In this document: positions 1 to 11,785 of the stretch, piece after piece
Numbering within the stretch: position 1 is the stretch's first letter
Layout of the letters: each line of letters begins with the position of its first letter
Source: Octopus vulgaris
Lineage: Eukaryota
Direction of reading: 5' to 3'
NCBI GenBank assembly: GCA_951406725.2
Contig: OX597831.1
Coordinates: forward strand, 2,480,001-2,544,000
DNA: 64,000 nt
Notes under the pieces: generated by a model
Database searches by the model: none
The model's input: the letters and a program-made list of their open reading frames with translations, nothing else
Told to the model about the DNA's origin: nothing
Program-made: the position numbers and the translations under genes

Positions 1-474
1 CACGAGAGAAACTCTCACATTGGCTTTTGGTGCAAAATTCACTTTTGTTTGTATTGTTATTATTCATCTTGCACCTTCAAGTAATATAAACATGTGTGCA
101 TTTTTCATGAAAGTTTCTCTCGTGGCATCTACCGCAGTATAGTTTGTTCTAATAGAACACCCACATTTAAATGGAGATAAATATTACGTCTCGGTAATAT
201 TGCTTCTGTTGCTAATATAAATTATCCAGAATGTTCCACTTTTCTTGAGGCAATGATTTAAAGCAGATTTAGCTCTTATTTCTAGCAGATCATTAACCAT
301 GTAAGGGATCCTTTGTTAGTTTGTCAATGCAGCAGAATGTCAGAAACATTCTAAAAATGAACAATCACTTTGTTAATATCTTGAAGCTACAAGATAATGA
401 ATGGTAGATTTAAAACAATGTGAATAAATAACCATTAGATTTGACAAAGGGACCCGAATACCAAAGGGTTAAAA

Positions 475-1445
475 AGAGCCATAAACAAAACTCTTATGCA
501 CATTTATGTGGTGTAGTGTATAATAATGTAACAGGAGGAGAGGCCGGTCAACTTTTCATTCTTTATTCAGGTTTTTACTGATAGCTCTTGATCATGCAGA
601 AATGAACACAGGATGCCATAATTTGTATTTACCATTTAAGCATTTTAGAACCCTTCATTATCTTCACTTGCAAATCTAAATGGAAAGAAATTCAAGAAAA
701 GATCCTTTGTCACCAAATGTACATTCACCAGTATGATCTTCCAACAAGAATTTTTCACTAAACGTTGAGGAAAATGATGGATTTGATTCCTAAGTACCAA
801 ATATTTTGACCAGTCAGGTGCCAAATGTATATCATAAAATAGCAAAAAAAAGGCACTTTCCACATGTACAATCAAATTAATTCCAACATATCAGTAGAGC
901 TTCAGAAGGTGGCGAGCTGGCAGAATCGTTAGCATGCCGGGCGAAATGCTTTGTGGTATTTCATCTGCAGTTACGTTCTGAGTTCAAATTCTGTGGAGGT
1001 CGACCTTGCCTTCCTTCCTTTTTGGGTCGATAAATTAAGTACCAGTTATGCACTGGGGGCGATGTAATCGACTTAATCTCTTTGTCTGTCCTTGTTTGTC
1101 CCCTCTATGTTTAGCCCCTTGTGAGCAATAAAGAAATAAGTAAAGCTTCAGAACTTTGGCAGGGACAAAGTGTTCTTCAGTGATATTGGTATCTAGATTG
1201 TTTGTTGTTGTCCTTGTGGTGACCTCAACAGGAATTCACCTTGCATGGAAAATGAATGCAACAGATGGTTTGCAAGACCATTTGTCAATGAGACTCAAAG
1301 AATGGAAAGAAGAGCATCTGAGGATGGAGGCTTCCTTATTTTCGTTGCATAGCACAAAACTGACAAAAATTCCTATTGCACATTTCTGATTACTGTAGAG
1401 TTATGCAATTCAATAAAGTCTATCAAATACCCTGTAAAAATATTG
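475..1445 (+). mobile_element. Degenerate Helitron Rep (replication initiator) fossil, interrupted by a SINE
   Basis: Hand translation across stops and frameshifts gives GQLFIL..FT.S, QDA, FIIFTCKSKWKEIQE, RIFH..MMDLI.K.QIF, PCGDLNRNSPCM..RPFVNETQ..RRASEDGG and ITVELCNSIKSIKY, in the order of Helitron Rep motifs. Confidence 0.8.
908..1138 (+). mobile_element. tRNA-derived SINE, family B. Other copies near 2641-2853 (+), 4317-4548 (-), 15040-15412 (-), 20362-20595 (-), 23088-23305 (+), 30935-31120 (-), 31500-31686 (-), 47425-47815 (-), 49940-50115 (+), 52515-52748 (-)
   Basis: A-box (TGGCAGAATCG) and B-box (GAGTTCAAATT) head, many dispersed copies. 15-bp TSD agtagagcttcagaa (893-907) / agtaaagcttcagaa (1139-1153). 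The copy at 4317 has TSD aacaggaatatactt. Confidence 0.85.
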
Positions 1446-2194
1446 GCAATTTGACTGATAGAATAAGTACCAGTCTTTAAAAAAAAAAGGAGAAAAATAT
1501 AAGTACTGGGGTTGATTAATTCAATTAAAAATTCTTCAAGGTGGTGCCCCAGCATGGCCACAGTCTAATGACTGAAACAAGTAAAAAAGAAAGGATAATA
1601 AAAGTGATTTTTGCTAGACAAATGATGATAATTACTTTGTTCAAAGACAATGCAGTCAGTTGCTGTTGTTGTTTAGTTCAGACCTGCTATAAAAGGCATT
1701 CCAGCTTTTGTTTTCTTTTCTTTCTGTATTATAGGTGCAGGTGTGGTTGTGCATTATAAGAAGCTTGCTTCCCAACCACATGGTTCCAGGTTCAGTCCCA
1801 CTACATGGCACCTTGGGCAAATATCTTCTACTATAGCCTCAGGCCAAATAAGGCCCTGTGAGTGGATCTGATAGACAGAAACCGAAAGAAGCCCATCGTA
1901 TATGTTGTTTACATTTGTATTTGTGTACCATTTCTGTTCTTTTCCATCCTTGTTTACATAGACATTTGCTGCTTTCTTCCAAGGAATCTAGTGCTCTTAG
2001 CTTAGATTTTCCTTGAGGCTGGCCAGATTGGAGCAGTCTTGAGTATAAACAGCTGAAACTGCAAAGATAATCTGGAACTTGACTGATGAAAGAAAACTCC
2101 GAATGACTCATCCTTGTTTTTGTCCCTTTATGTATCGTCCAACTGTCTGGATGTTTCATTGTCACCTGTTGCATTCTTGCTCCATTTTTTGTAT

Positions 2195-2253
<59 letters not shown>

Positions 2254-2604
2254 GTTGAAATTTATAGAAAAACAAAAGACCAAGACACATGTATGAACAA
2301 GCAGATGTATTAGTTTGATGCTTGGGAAAATGAGTATGTCTTTTATGTTTCAAGCCTATGCTCTTCAACAGAGATGTGTGTGCCTGTCTGTGTTTGTTCC
2401 CCTGCCATCGCTTGACGACTGATGCTGGTTAGTTTATGTCCCTGTATTTTATCGGTTCGGCAAAAGAAACTAATATAATAAGTACTAGGATTACAAAGAA
2501 TAAGTCCTGGAGTCAATTTCTTCGATTGAAAACCCTTCAAGGCAGTGCTCCAACATGACCACAGTCAAATGACCGAAACAAATAAAAGAATTATATCAAG
2601 GACT

Positions 2605-3115
2605 ATGCTATCCAGAGTGGTAATTTTTATCCCCACCCCAAGGTGGCAAGCTGGCAGAAACGTTAGCACACCGGGCAAAATGCTTACCGGTATTTCGTCT
2701 GTCATTGTTCTGATTTCAAATTCTGCCAAGGTCTACTTTGCCTTTCATTCTTTCAGAATCAATAAATTAAGTACCAGTTGCATACTTGGGTTGATCTAAT
2801 CGACTGACCCCCTCCCCCAAAATTTCAGGCCTTGTGCCTAGAGTAGAAAAGAATATTTATCCTCTCTTAAATGTGGATGTTCTTTTAGAACAAGCTATAC
2901 TGTGGTAGATACCAAGAGAGAAACTCTCATATTGGCTTTTGGTGCAAAATTCACTTTTGTTTGTATTGTTATTATTCATCTTGCACCTTCAAGTAATATA
3001 AACATGTGTGCATTTTTCATGAGAGTTTCTCTCGTGGCATCTACCGCAGTATAGTTTGTTCTAATAGAACACCCACATTTAAATGGGGATAAATATTACC
3101 TCTCGGTAATATTGC
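2605..3115. mobile_element. MITE/foldback element with long inverted repeats, left arm interrupted by a SINE; partial second copy at 1-200
   Basis: 2854-2930 is the approximate reverse complement of 3019-3094, and the pairing extends past the SINE at 2641-2853. Confidence 0.65.
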
Positions 3116-3489
3116 TTCTGTTGCTAATATAAATTATCCAGAATGTTCTACCTCTCTTGAGGCAATGATTTAAAACAGATTTAACTGTTATTTCTAGCAG
3201 ATCGTTAACCATATAAGGGATCCTTTGTTAGTTTGTCAGTGCAGCAGAACTTCAGAAACCATAGGAATATCGAACTTCTTGCATCTGAATTTTTTAGCTC
3301 AAATTCAAAGATCTTGGTTTTCATTCTTCTTCAGACCAATAATATTGATAACCAAATCGAAACAAATCAATAGTTTATTTGCGTTTATTTCATACAAACC
3401 TAACTTGAAAGGATGTAAAAGAATTCAAAAGCAATAAGACACTAAGCTCATTATCACAGGGCATATATTTTCGCTAATTAATCCCTTAG

Positions 3490-3570
3490 CTAACTCGTTC
3501 ACACGACCTTATGTACGTGAAGTCGATCAAGAAGAATTGGAAAGCTGGGAGATACATGGAGAGAAGGGAG
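3490..3570 (+). CDS. Candidate internal exon of an unidentified plus-strand gene: (x)NSFTRPYVREVDQEELESWEIHGEKG
   Basis: gctaat branch-like motif, atcccttAG acceptor, G|GTAACT donor, 81 nt, phase 1 to 1, open frame, non-repetitive sequence. Protein family not recognised. Confidence 0.45.
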
Positions 3571-4046
3571 GTAACTCTGTAGAAATTTCTAATTGATAGT
3601 CTTGTGTGTGAGTGCGTGTGTATATTTATGTGTGTGTATGTGTGTGCGTGCGCGAGAGTAAGCCCATATGCGCGTGTAATTTAAGTGTGCTATGAATTTG
3701 TTATGTGTATCCCCTACAAGGCCTTACTGCGTATGTTACAATTTAGGTATTTTGTGTGTGCGCACGTAACTTCAGTGTTTGTTCCGAGTTTATTTGCTTT
3801 GCTGTGTTAACATTCAGGTTTTTTTCTTTTTCTAATTGTACAGTCACTCTCTTTTAACTCTCTTTTACTTGTTTCAGTCATTTGACTGCGGCCATGCTGG
3901 AGCACCGCCTTTAGTCGAGCAAATCGACCCCGGGACTTATTCTTTGTAAGCCTAGTACTTATTCTATCGGTAGCTTTTGCCGAACCGCTAAGTGACGGGG
4001 ACGTAAACACACCAGCATCGGTTGTCAAGCAATGCTAGGGGGACAA

Positions 4047-4077
<31 letters not shown>

Positions 4078-4569
4078 CATATATACGACAGGCTTCTTTC
4101 AGTTTCCGTCTACCAAATCCACTCACAAGGCATTGGTCGGCCTGGGGCTATAGTAGAAGACACTTGCCCAAGATGCCACGCAGTGGGACTGAACCCGGAA
4201 CCATGTGGTTGGTTAGCAAGCTACTTACCACACAGCCACTCCTGCGCCTATATTTTTTTGTGGTGGGGTGGAATAAGTTGTGACTTTTATTCAAAAATAT
4301 CAACAGGAATATACTTATTTCTTTACTACCCAGAAGGGGCTAAACATAGAGGGGACAAACAAGGACAGACAAAAGGATTAAGTCAATTATATCAACCTCA
4401 GTGCGTAACTGGTACTTATTTGATTGACCCCGAAAGGATGAAAGGCAAAGTCGACCTCAGCGGAATTTGAACTCAGAACGTAGCGGCCGGCGAAATACCA
4501 CTAAGCATTTCGCCCAGTGTGCTAACGTTTCTGCCAGCTCACCGCCTTTTGAACAGGAATATACTTTAG

Positions 4570-4715
4570 AAAACAAAGACATAGGAAAAAAAGCAAAAAA
4601 AGAATGGGAGAAAGAAAAAACATCAATGCAACGCCAAGTGCTTCAATTGGTCGCACACCACAAGGCTCAACGGAACCTACTGAAGCAAGCTAACCATGCT
4701 CGCGGAAGGTTTTAG
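4570..4715 (+). CDS. Candidate terminal exon: ENKDIGKKAKKEWEKEKTSMQRQVLQLVAHHKAQRNLLKQANHARGRF*
   Basis: In frame (phase 1) with the 3490-3570 exon; 48 codons open in unique sequence. The acceptor (atactttAG) is weak and a SINE sits just upstream. Confidence 0.25.
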
Positions 4716-5048
4716 TGTGTGTGTGTGAGTAGGGGTGAGTGCGTATGCAATGGAAAAAAAGGGCCCATGATATATGTATCTGTTTGTGTCTTGTACACAT
4801 TCTCTTATTCTCTTATATGTTTCAATCCAATGACTGTGACCATGCTGGAGCACCGCCATTGTATGTATATGTATATTTGCTATCATCTAGAATTATGTGT
4901 CAAATAAGCTACCAAACTGAAGTCTGTGTGTGTGTGTGTGTGTGTGTGAGAGCACATGCGCACGCCTGTGATGTTTGGTTACTAATCGAATGGTTAACAT
5001 TTCAAATCCTTCCCTTCACTACCCATTACCATTTACTTTATAAGTTAG

Positions 5049-5173
5049 TCAGTGAAGCAGCTGCAGTGTCCATGATCTATGCAGGCCTTCCCTCAAAGAT
5101 TGGAGGTGACCAACTGCATCGGAAATGTGGGTGGAATGAAAGAAAACCAGACGTAGAGTCTGGTTCTTTGTAA
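5049..5173 (+). CDS. Candidate terminal exon: VSEAAAVSMIYAGLPSKIGGDQLHRKCGWNERKPDVESGSL*
   Basis: Pyrimidine-rich upstream tract, tandem AGs at 5043-44 and 5047-48. The second gives a phase-1 open frame of 41 codons in locally GC-richer unique sequence. Confidence 0.3.
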
Positions 5174-5493
5174 CAGTGATAAACTTTGCTAAAAGCACCC
5201 AAGTACTAGAGGAGAGTGTTAAACCATGCATCATATAACTACAACTACTTTCCTCTGTGTGTGTGTGTGTGTGTGTGATTGGATATGCTTGATGCAATTT
5301 GAAGACAAGAACATACACACATATGCAGAATGTGAACTGAGAACGTAAAGACAGACGGAATGCCACCAACTCACCACCTTAATAATAATAATAATAACAA
5401 CATCATAATAATAATGATGATGATGATGATAATCATAATAAAAGTAATCTTCTTCTTCTTCTTCTTCAGTGTCTTCTTGACCTTATTCTTCAG

Positions 5494-5546
5494 TATCAGA
5501 GTTCCCAGTAGAGGATTCAGCTCAATCATATGCTGAGAAGCAGTAA
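5494..5546 (+). CDS. Candidate terminal exon: VSEFPVEDSAQSYAEKQ*
   Basis: Strong pyrimidine tract, ttcttcAG acceptor, phase 1; AATAAA at 5724-5729. Short, so could be chance. Confidence 0.3.
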
Positions 5547-5648
5547 CCCTGCCATAAATATTTTTAAATGAAATTAAGTTCAAATTCAGTTTGATATTAC
5601 TGTCAATATTACTACAGATTTCGAGTAAAGATAAGATTTGAACCATTA

Positions 5649-5693
<45 letters not shown>

Positions 5694-5799
5694 ATGTCAA
5701 TTCAGAATGGGTTTAAGCTTCTCAATAAAATTTGTTTCTCTTAGTCTCCTTCTAACTTCATTTGAGTTATAAAGTTTGTAAAAAAGGAATATTAAAAAC

Positions 5800-6290
5800 C
5801 AACAAAAAAAGTGATTGCCTAATGGGATCTAACAAACATTAAGATCTCTGATTTGTTACTGGTGTATCCATGTACATTCTGATAATAAGTTTCCTGTCTG
5901 GCCAATATATATCTCTTCATAATTTGGGCATTTGATGCAATAGATTAGATTTACAGATCATATTTGCATTTGGAAATATTCTTTCAGATTTTATGTTGAT
6001 ATAATGACCAGTATGTATGGATTGACATGTGCTGCAATGGCTGCCATTGCATTTGGATATCATGAACATTTTATAAATGTTGTTTAGGTCAAACTTTGCC
6101 ATAGTCTTAAATAGTTTTTTCTGGTTACCCTTTACTTTGAACAAGTGTTTGATCAGTAATCAAATATTTTAGCCATTACTTCGTCTGATGATAAGTAAAT
6201 TTGATCTGGCAAAATTAAAAACATTTTGAGGATGTTGATTGTGTGTTTATTTTGTGTTCCACTTTTTAGGGTTACTCTAATTTGTTCTTT
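5800..6290 (-). mobile_element. Penelope-like element remnant (Cys linker plus GIY-YIG endonuclease)
   Basis: AKF..SKCNGSHCSTCQSI.TG...MICKSNL, then after a frameshift IYCIKCPNYEEIYIGQTG: a GIY-YIG signature. Confidence 0.75.
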
Positions 6291-6837
6291 ATGTATAGTC
6301 ACCTTTATATCCATTTTCCATGCTGACATGGGTTAGATAGTTTGACTGGAACTGGTAAGCCAAAGAACTGCACCAAGTTCCATTCTGATTTTGGCATGGT
6401 TTCAATGGCTGGATGCCCTTCCTAACACCAACCACTCCAGGTGTGCAATGGGTGCTTTTCATGTTCCACTGGTACAGATGCTTTTACATACCACCTCCAT
6501 GGGTGCCAGTGAAATGGCACCAGTACTGGCCATGACTACAATTTCACTTGGTTTGATGAGTCCTCTAAAGCACAGCATATCACCAAAGGCCTCAGTCACT
6601 TGTCATTGCCTCATGAGGCCCAACATGCTTCACCACCTCATCTGATGCCTTCCTGGGTCTACTTCTTCCACATGTTTTGGTTAATGAAAGTTTACAGGCT
6701 GATTGTTATATTTATTTACATATATTTACAATTCAAAAAGGCCACCCTTTGCTTTCACCATAGCCCTTAACATTTTCTCAACTGAAGTGCATGACTTCTT
6801 ATGTTCAAATATCAGGTAAATGTTCATGCCATATACC

Positions 6838-6895
<58 letters not shown>

Positions 6896-8078
6896 ATGTG
6901 TGTGTGTGTATATATATACAGAGAGAGAGAGAGATAGGTGGACAAACAGACAGACAAATAAGTAGATAGATAGATATATAAGTACATACAATATCTATGT
7001 ATGTATGTATGCATGCATGCACATATTCACACATGCACACATACACATACATATCTACACAGACATCCCTTCCCCATAAGCATTGTAAAACTTTAAGAGC
7101 TATTTCTCTTAAATAGTTCTGAAATGGTGCAAATGAAGTAACTACAAGGCAAATGAATTTTTTTTTTATCAGTTTTTGCAATAAATGTTTAAGAAATTTC
7201 TGTATGTTTAAAAGAAATGTGTGTTAGTACAAAGGTTGCTCTCAATGAAAAACAGAGCAATAAGTAAGCTAGAAAATTGCAATTGTTAATGTGAAAAAAT
7301 AGCAAAAATTTAGGTGCAGGAGTGGCTGTGTGGTAAGTAGCTTGCTTACCAACCACATGGTTCTGAGTTCATTCCCACTGCATGGCACCTTGGGCAAGTG
7401 TCTTCTACTATAGCCTCAGGCCAACCAAAGCCTTGTGGGTGGATTTGGTAGACGGAAACACACATACACACACACATATATATATATATACAACGGGCTT
7501 CTTTCATTTTCCGTCTACCAAATCCACTCACAAGGCTTTGGTTGGCCCAAGGCTATAGTAGACACTTGCCCAAGGTGCTACGCAGTGGGACTGAACCCGG
7601 AACCATGTGGTTGGTAAGCAAGCTACTTACCACACTGCCACTCTTGTGATAGTGTTTTTATTGTACATAGCTGTGAATGTAGGAGAATGTGAGAATGAGC
7701 ATGTAGGCGTAGAAGAATGTGTGTAAGTGTGTGTGACAAAATGTGAGAGAGTGTCTTAACTTTTAGCACTTAAATCGGTCATACCAGGCCCAACATTTTA
7801 CTTGTTTTCTGTTCAAAGTGGCCAGACCTGGCTTCTCACACCTACCCTACAACGTCATTCTAAAAATGAATAATTACATCATCAAAATATCAAAACTAAA
7901 AGATAATTTAAGACATAGGTGCAGGAGTGGCTGTGTGGTAAGTAGCTTGCTTACCAACCAAACGTTTCCGGGTTCAGTCCCATTACGTGGCACCTTGGGC
8001 AAGTGTCTTCTATTATAGCCTCGGGCTGACTAAAGCCTTGTGAGTGAATTAGGTAGACGGAAACTGAAAGCAGCCCGT

Positions 8079-8126
<48 letters not shown>

Positions 8127-8237
8127 AGATAAGAAAATGGAGAAATACATCTAAATCAAATATCAATTACCAGATAATACTCAATCACATACTTTATTAA
8201 ACCACCACATAAGAGACTTACAACCCCTATCTCAATT

Positions 8238-8337
<100 letters not shown>

Positions 8338-9367
8338 GTCCGTCAGGTGCTGATCAGAGAGATCCTCTTTGCTGACGATGCCGCCCTAACATCACACAAC
8401 CAACCGGGTCTCCAGAGGCTGGTCAGCTCCCTGGCGGATGCCTGCCAAGAGTTCGGCCTTACCATCAGCCTGAAAAAGACAGAGATCATGGGCCAGGACG
8501 TCGGAGGGTTCCCCAGCATCAGTGTCGGCGACCACAGCTTGCAGGTAGTGAACGAGTTCACTTACCTGGGATCGACGGTCTCCAGCAGCCTGTCCCTCGA
8601 GCCGGAGCTGAACAGACGGATTGGGAAGGCTGCTGCTGCCATGGCTAAGCTCTCCAGGAGAGTGTGGGAAAACAACATGCTCACAATAACCACCAAGATT
8701 GCAGTGTACCGAGCCTGCGTACTGAGCACCCTACTCTACGGCAGCGAGAGCTGGACAACATAAACCCGGCAGGAATGCTGCCTCAGCGGCTTCCACATGC
8801 GGTGTCTTCGACGGATCCTTGGCATCTCCTGGAAGGACAGAGTACCAAACGGAGTCATCCTGGAACAGACTAATATGCCAAGCATGTATGCCCTCCTCAT
8901 GCGAAGACAACTGCGCTGGCTCGGACACGTCTGCCGCATGCAGGACGGTCGCATGCCTAAAGACATCCTGTACAGCGAACTCACCATGGGATCCCGACCC
9001 AAGGGACGTCCACAGCTACGATACAGGGACGTGTGCAAGCGCGACCTGAGAACTGCCAACATCTGTGTGGACACGTGGGAGGAAACAGCTGCTGACCGCT
9101 CTGCCTGGCGTCGGACGGTGAGGAAAGGCGTTTCCATGGCTGAGGAGAGGAGAGCACAGCTGTGGTTGGACAGGTGGGACAGGAGGAGGACAACTGCAGC
9201 AACACCCCACACGTACCCATCGATGTTCGTGTGCAGCAACTGTACCAAGGACTGCCACTCTAGAATTGGACTGTTCAGTCACAGCAGACGCTGCACATCA
9301 TCAAAGTAGGCCCCACCCTTGGCGCAACCCATTGTCTATCAAGACAGACGGGGAAAAGAAGAAAAAA

Positions 9368-9370
<3 letters not shown>
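8338..9370 (+). mobile_element. 5'-truncated RTE-clade LINE (RT C-terminal half, C2H2-like end, 3' tail)
   Basis: One reading frame 8347-9309 broken only by TAA at 8761. Motifs [51 protein letters not shown]. Flanked by (AT)n on both sides. Confidence 0.92.
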
Positions 9371-9417
<47 letters not shown>

Positions 9418-10019
9418 TTGTCCCCCCACCATCATTTGACAACCAATGCTGGTATATTTACATCCCTGTAAATAACTGGTTTGGCAAAAGAAACAGATAA
9501 AATAAGTACTAGGTTTACAAAGAATAAGTCCTGGGGATCGATTTGCTCGACTAAAGGCGGTGCTCCAGCACGGCCACAGTCAAATGAATGAAACAAGTAA
9601 AAGAGTAAAAGAGTAATGTTAATAAATAAGCTTTACGTTTGACAGAATAATCTGAATGCTAAAGAGCAAGTCATGTCACTGTCCAGTATATTTTCAGCCA
9701 GCAGTGTGACAAACACGGGTGAAAATGGAAAATAACACTGCCCATATCAAAAACAAACTTTGCTCCAAAACAGACGTGGTGATCCTACTTTGAAGGATAC
9801 CAGAATTAAAAACACTCTTATAGGTGCTTACACACAATTGGCTGGAAATGATGTTAAAGCAGAATCATGTGACATGCAAAGAAAAGTGAATATCTGGAGT
9901 CCATTTTGGTAAGTGAATTTTCTAGCAAAACTGAAAGACTGCTTTCATTGGTTTAAATCAGTCATGTGATGTAGAAAAGTAATTATCTTGTTCTAGCCAA
10001 TTTTTCATCTCAAAATTAA

Positions 10020-10178
10020 ATAGATAAATATATTGCTTCACACACAAAAACAGACACTTATGCACACGCACACACGTGTACATGTGCACACACACATACC
10101 CACACACACACACACACACACACACAGGGATGATAGATAGATAGACAGACAGATAGATAGATAAATAGATATACACAC

Positions 10179-10212
<34 letters not shown>

Positions 10213-10294
10213 ACTGATCTTACCTTAACAGAAAAGTAAATTATATATATGTGTATATATGTATATATATATATATATATATACATACACAATA

Positions 10295-10330
<36 letters not shown>

Positions 10331-10352
10331 TATATGTATGTATATATATATA

Positions 10353-10417
<65 letters not shown>

Positions 10418-11785
10418 ATTTTGATCTTACTGTACAGAAAAAGTAAACTATAAATGTGTGTGTGTATGTGTGTGAGAAAAATTTGAATTTGAAGTAGAAA
10501 TCTGTAGTTCTAAACTGGAAAAGAAACAAAAAACTATAGCATTTGTATATTCTTATAAACTACTCTGTTGACATGTCTATAATTAGGATTACATTTGAAT
10601 TTATCATTCGGCAAAGGCAAACCATGTCAAGCTGTTGTTAGCGCTGAGCCTACACATTGTGTTAGTAACAAGCAGTATGTGTGTGTCTAGGTGTGTATGT
10701 GTGTGTGTGTGTGTGTGCCCATGTGTACATGATGCATGCATGCGTGTGTGTTTGTATGCATGTATGTATGTATGTGAGTGTATGTATGGATGGATGGATG
10801 TGTATATGTATGTATACCTGTATATATGCAATGTAATATATGTACATTTGTAAATAAGTATGTATGTATACATGTATGTATGTGTGTGTATGCATATATT
10901 TATGTATGCATGTATGTATGTGTGTGTATGCATATATGTATGTATGCATGTACGTATGTGTGTGTACAAGTATGTATGCATATATGTTTGTATGCATGTA
11001 CGTATGTGTGTGTATGCATATATGTATGTATGCATGTACGTATGTGTGTGTATGCATATATGTATGTATATATGTATGTGTGTGTATGCATATATGTATG
11101 TATGCATGTACGTATGTGTGTGTATGCATATATGTATGCATGCATGTACGTATGTGTGTGTATGCATATATGTATGTATGCATGTACGTATGTGTGTTTA
11201 TGCATATATGTATGTATGTATGCATGTACGTATGTGTGTGTACAAGTATGTATGCATATATGTTTGTATGCGTGTATGCATGCATTTATGTATGTATGTA
11301 TGTATGCATGTATGTATGAATGTAAGTTCTATATAGCCACGCATGCGTATGTGTGTACGTATGAATGTATATGTGTGTGTGTGCATGAACATATGATGCA
11401 TGTATGTATACATGTGTGTGCATGCATGAATATATGTATTTATGTATACATGTGTGTGCATGCATGAATATATGTATGTATGTACGTACGTATGTACGTA
11501 TGTATGTATGTATGCACGCATGAATATATGTATTTATGTATGTATGTATGTATGTATACATGTGTGTGCATGCATGAATATATGTATGTATGTACGTACG
11601 TACATATGTATGTATGTATGTATGTATGTACGTATGTATGTATGTATGTATGTATGCATGCATGTATGTATGTATGTATGTGTGTATGTATGTATGTATG
11701 TATGTATGTTTGTATGTACGTACGTATGTATGTATGTATGTATGTATGTATGTATGTATGTATGTATGTATGTATGCATGTATGC
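10020..11785. repeat. Compound (CA)/(AT)/(TATG)n microsatellites
   Basis: Direct inspection; source of the many Y/V/C/M and H/T/I/Y ORFs. Interrupted by unique sequence at about 10470-10675. Confidence 0.95.
10587..10674 (+). CDS. Candidate internal exon: GLHLNLSFGKGKPCQAVVSAEPTHCVSNK
   Basis: Island of unique sequence between microsatellites; taattAG acceptor, GTATGT donor, phase 1 to 2. Could join a phase-2 terminal exon at 20700-20739 (HCLHSRNDHFEQL*, poly-T acceptor, AATAAA at 20749). Confidence 0.25.
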
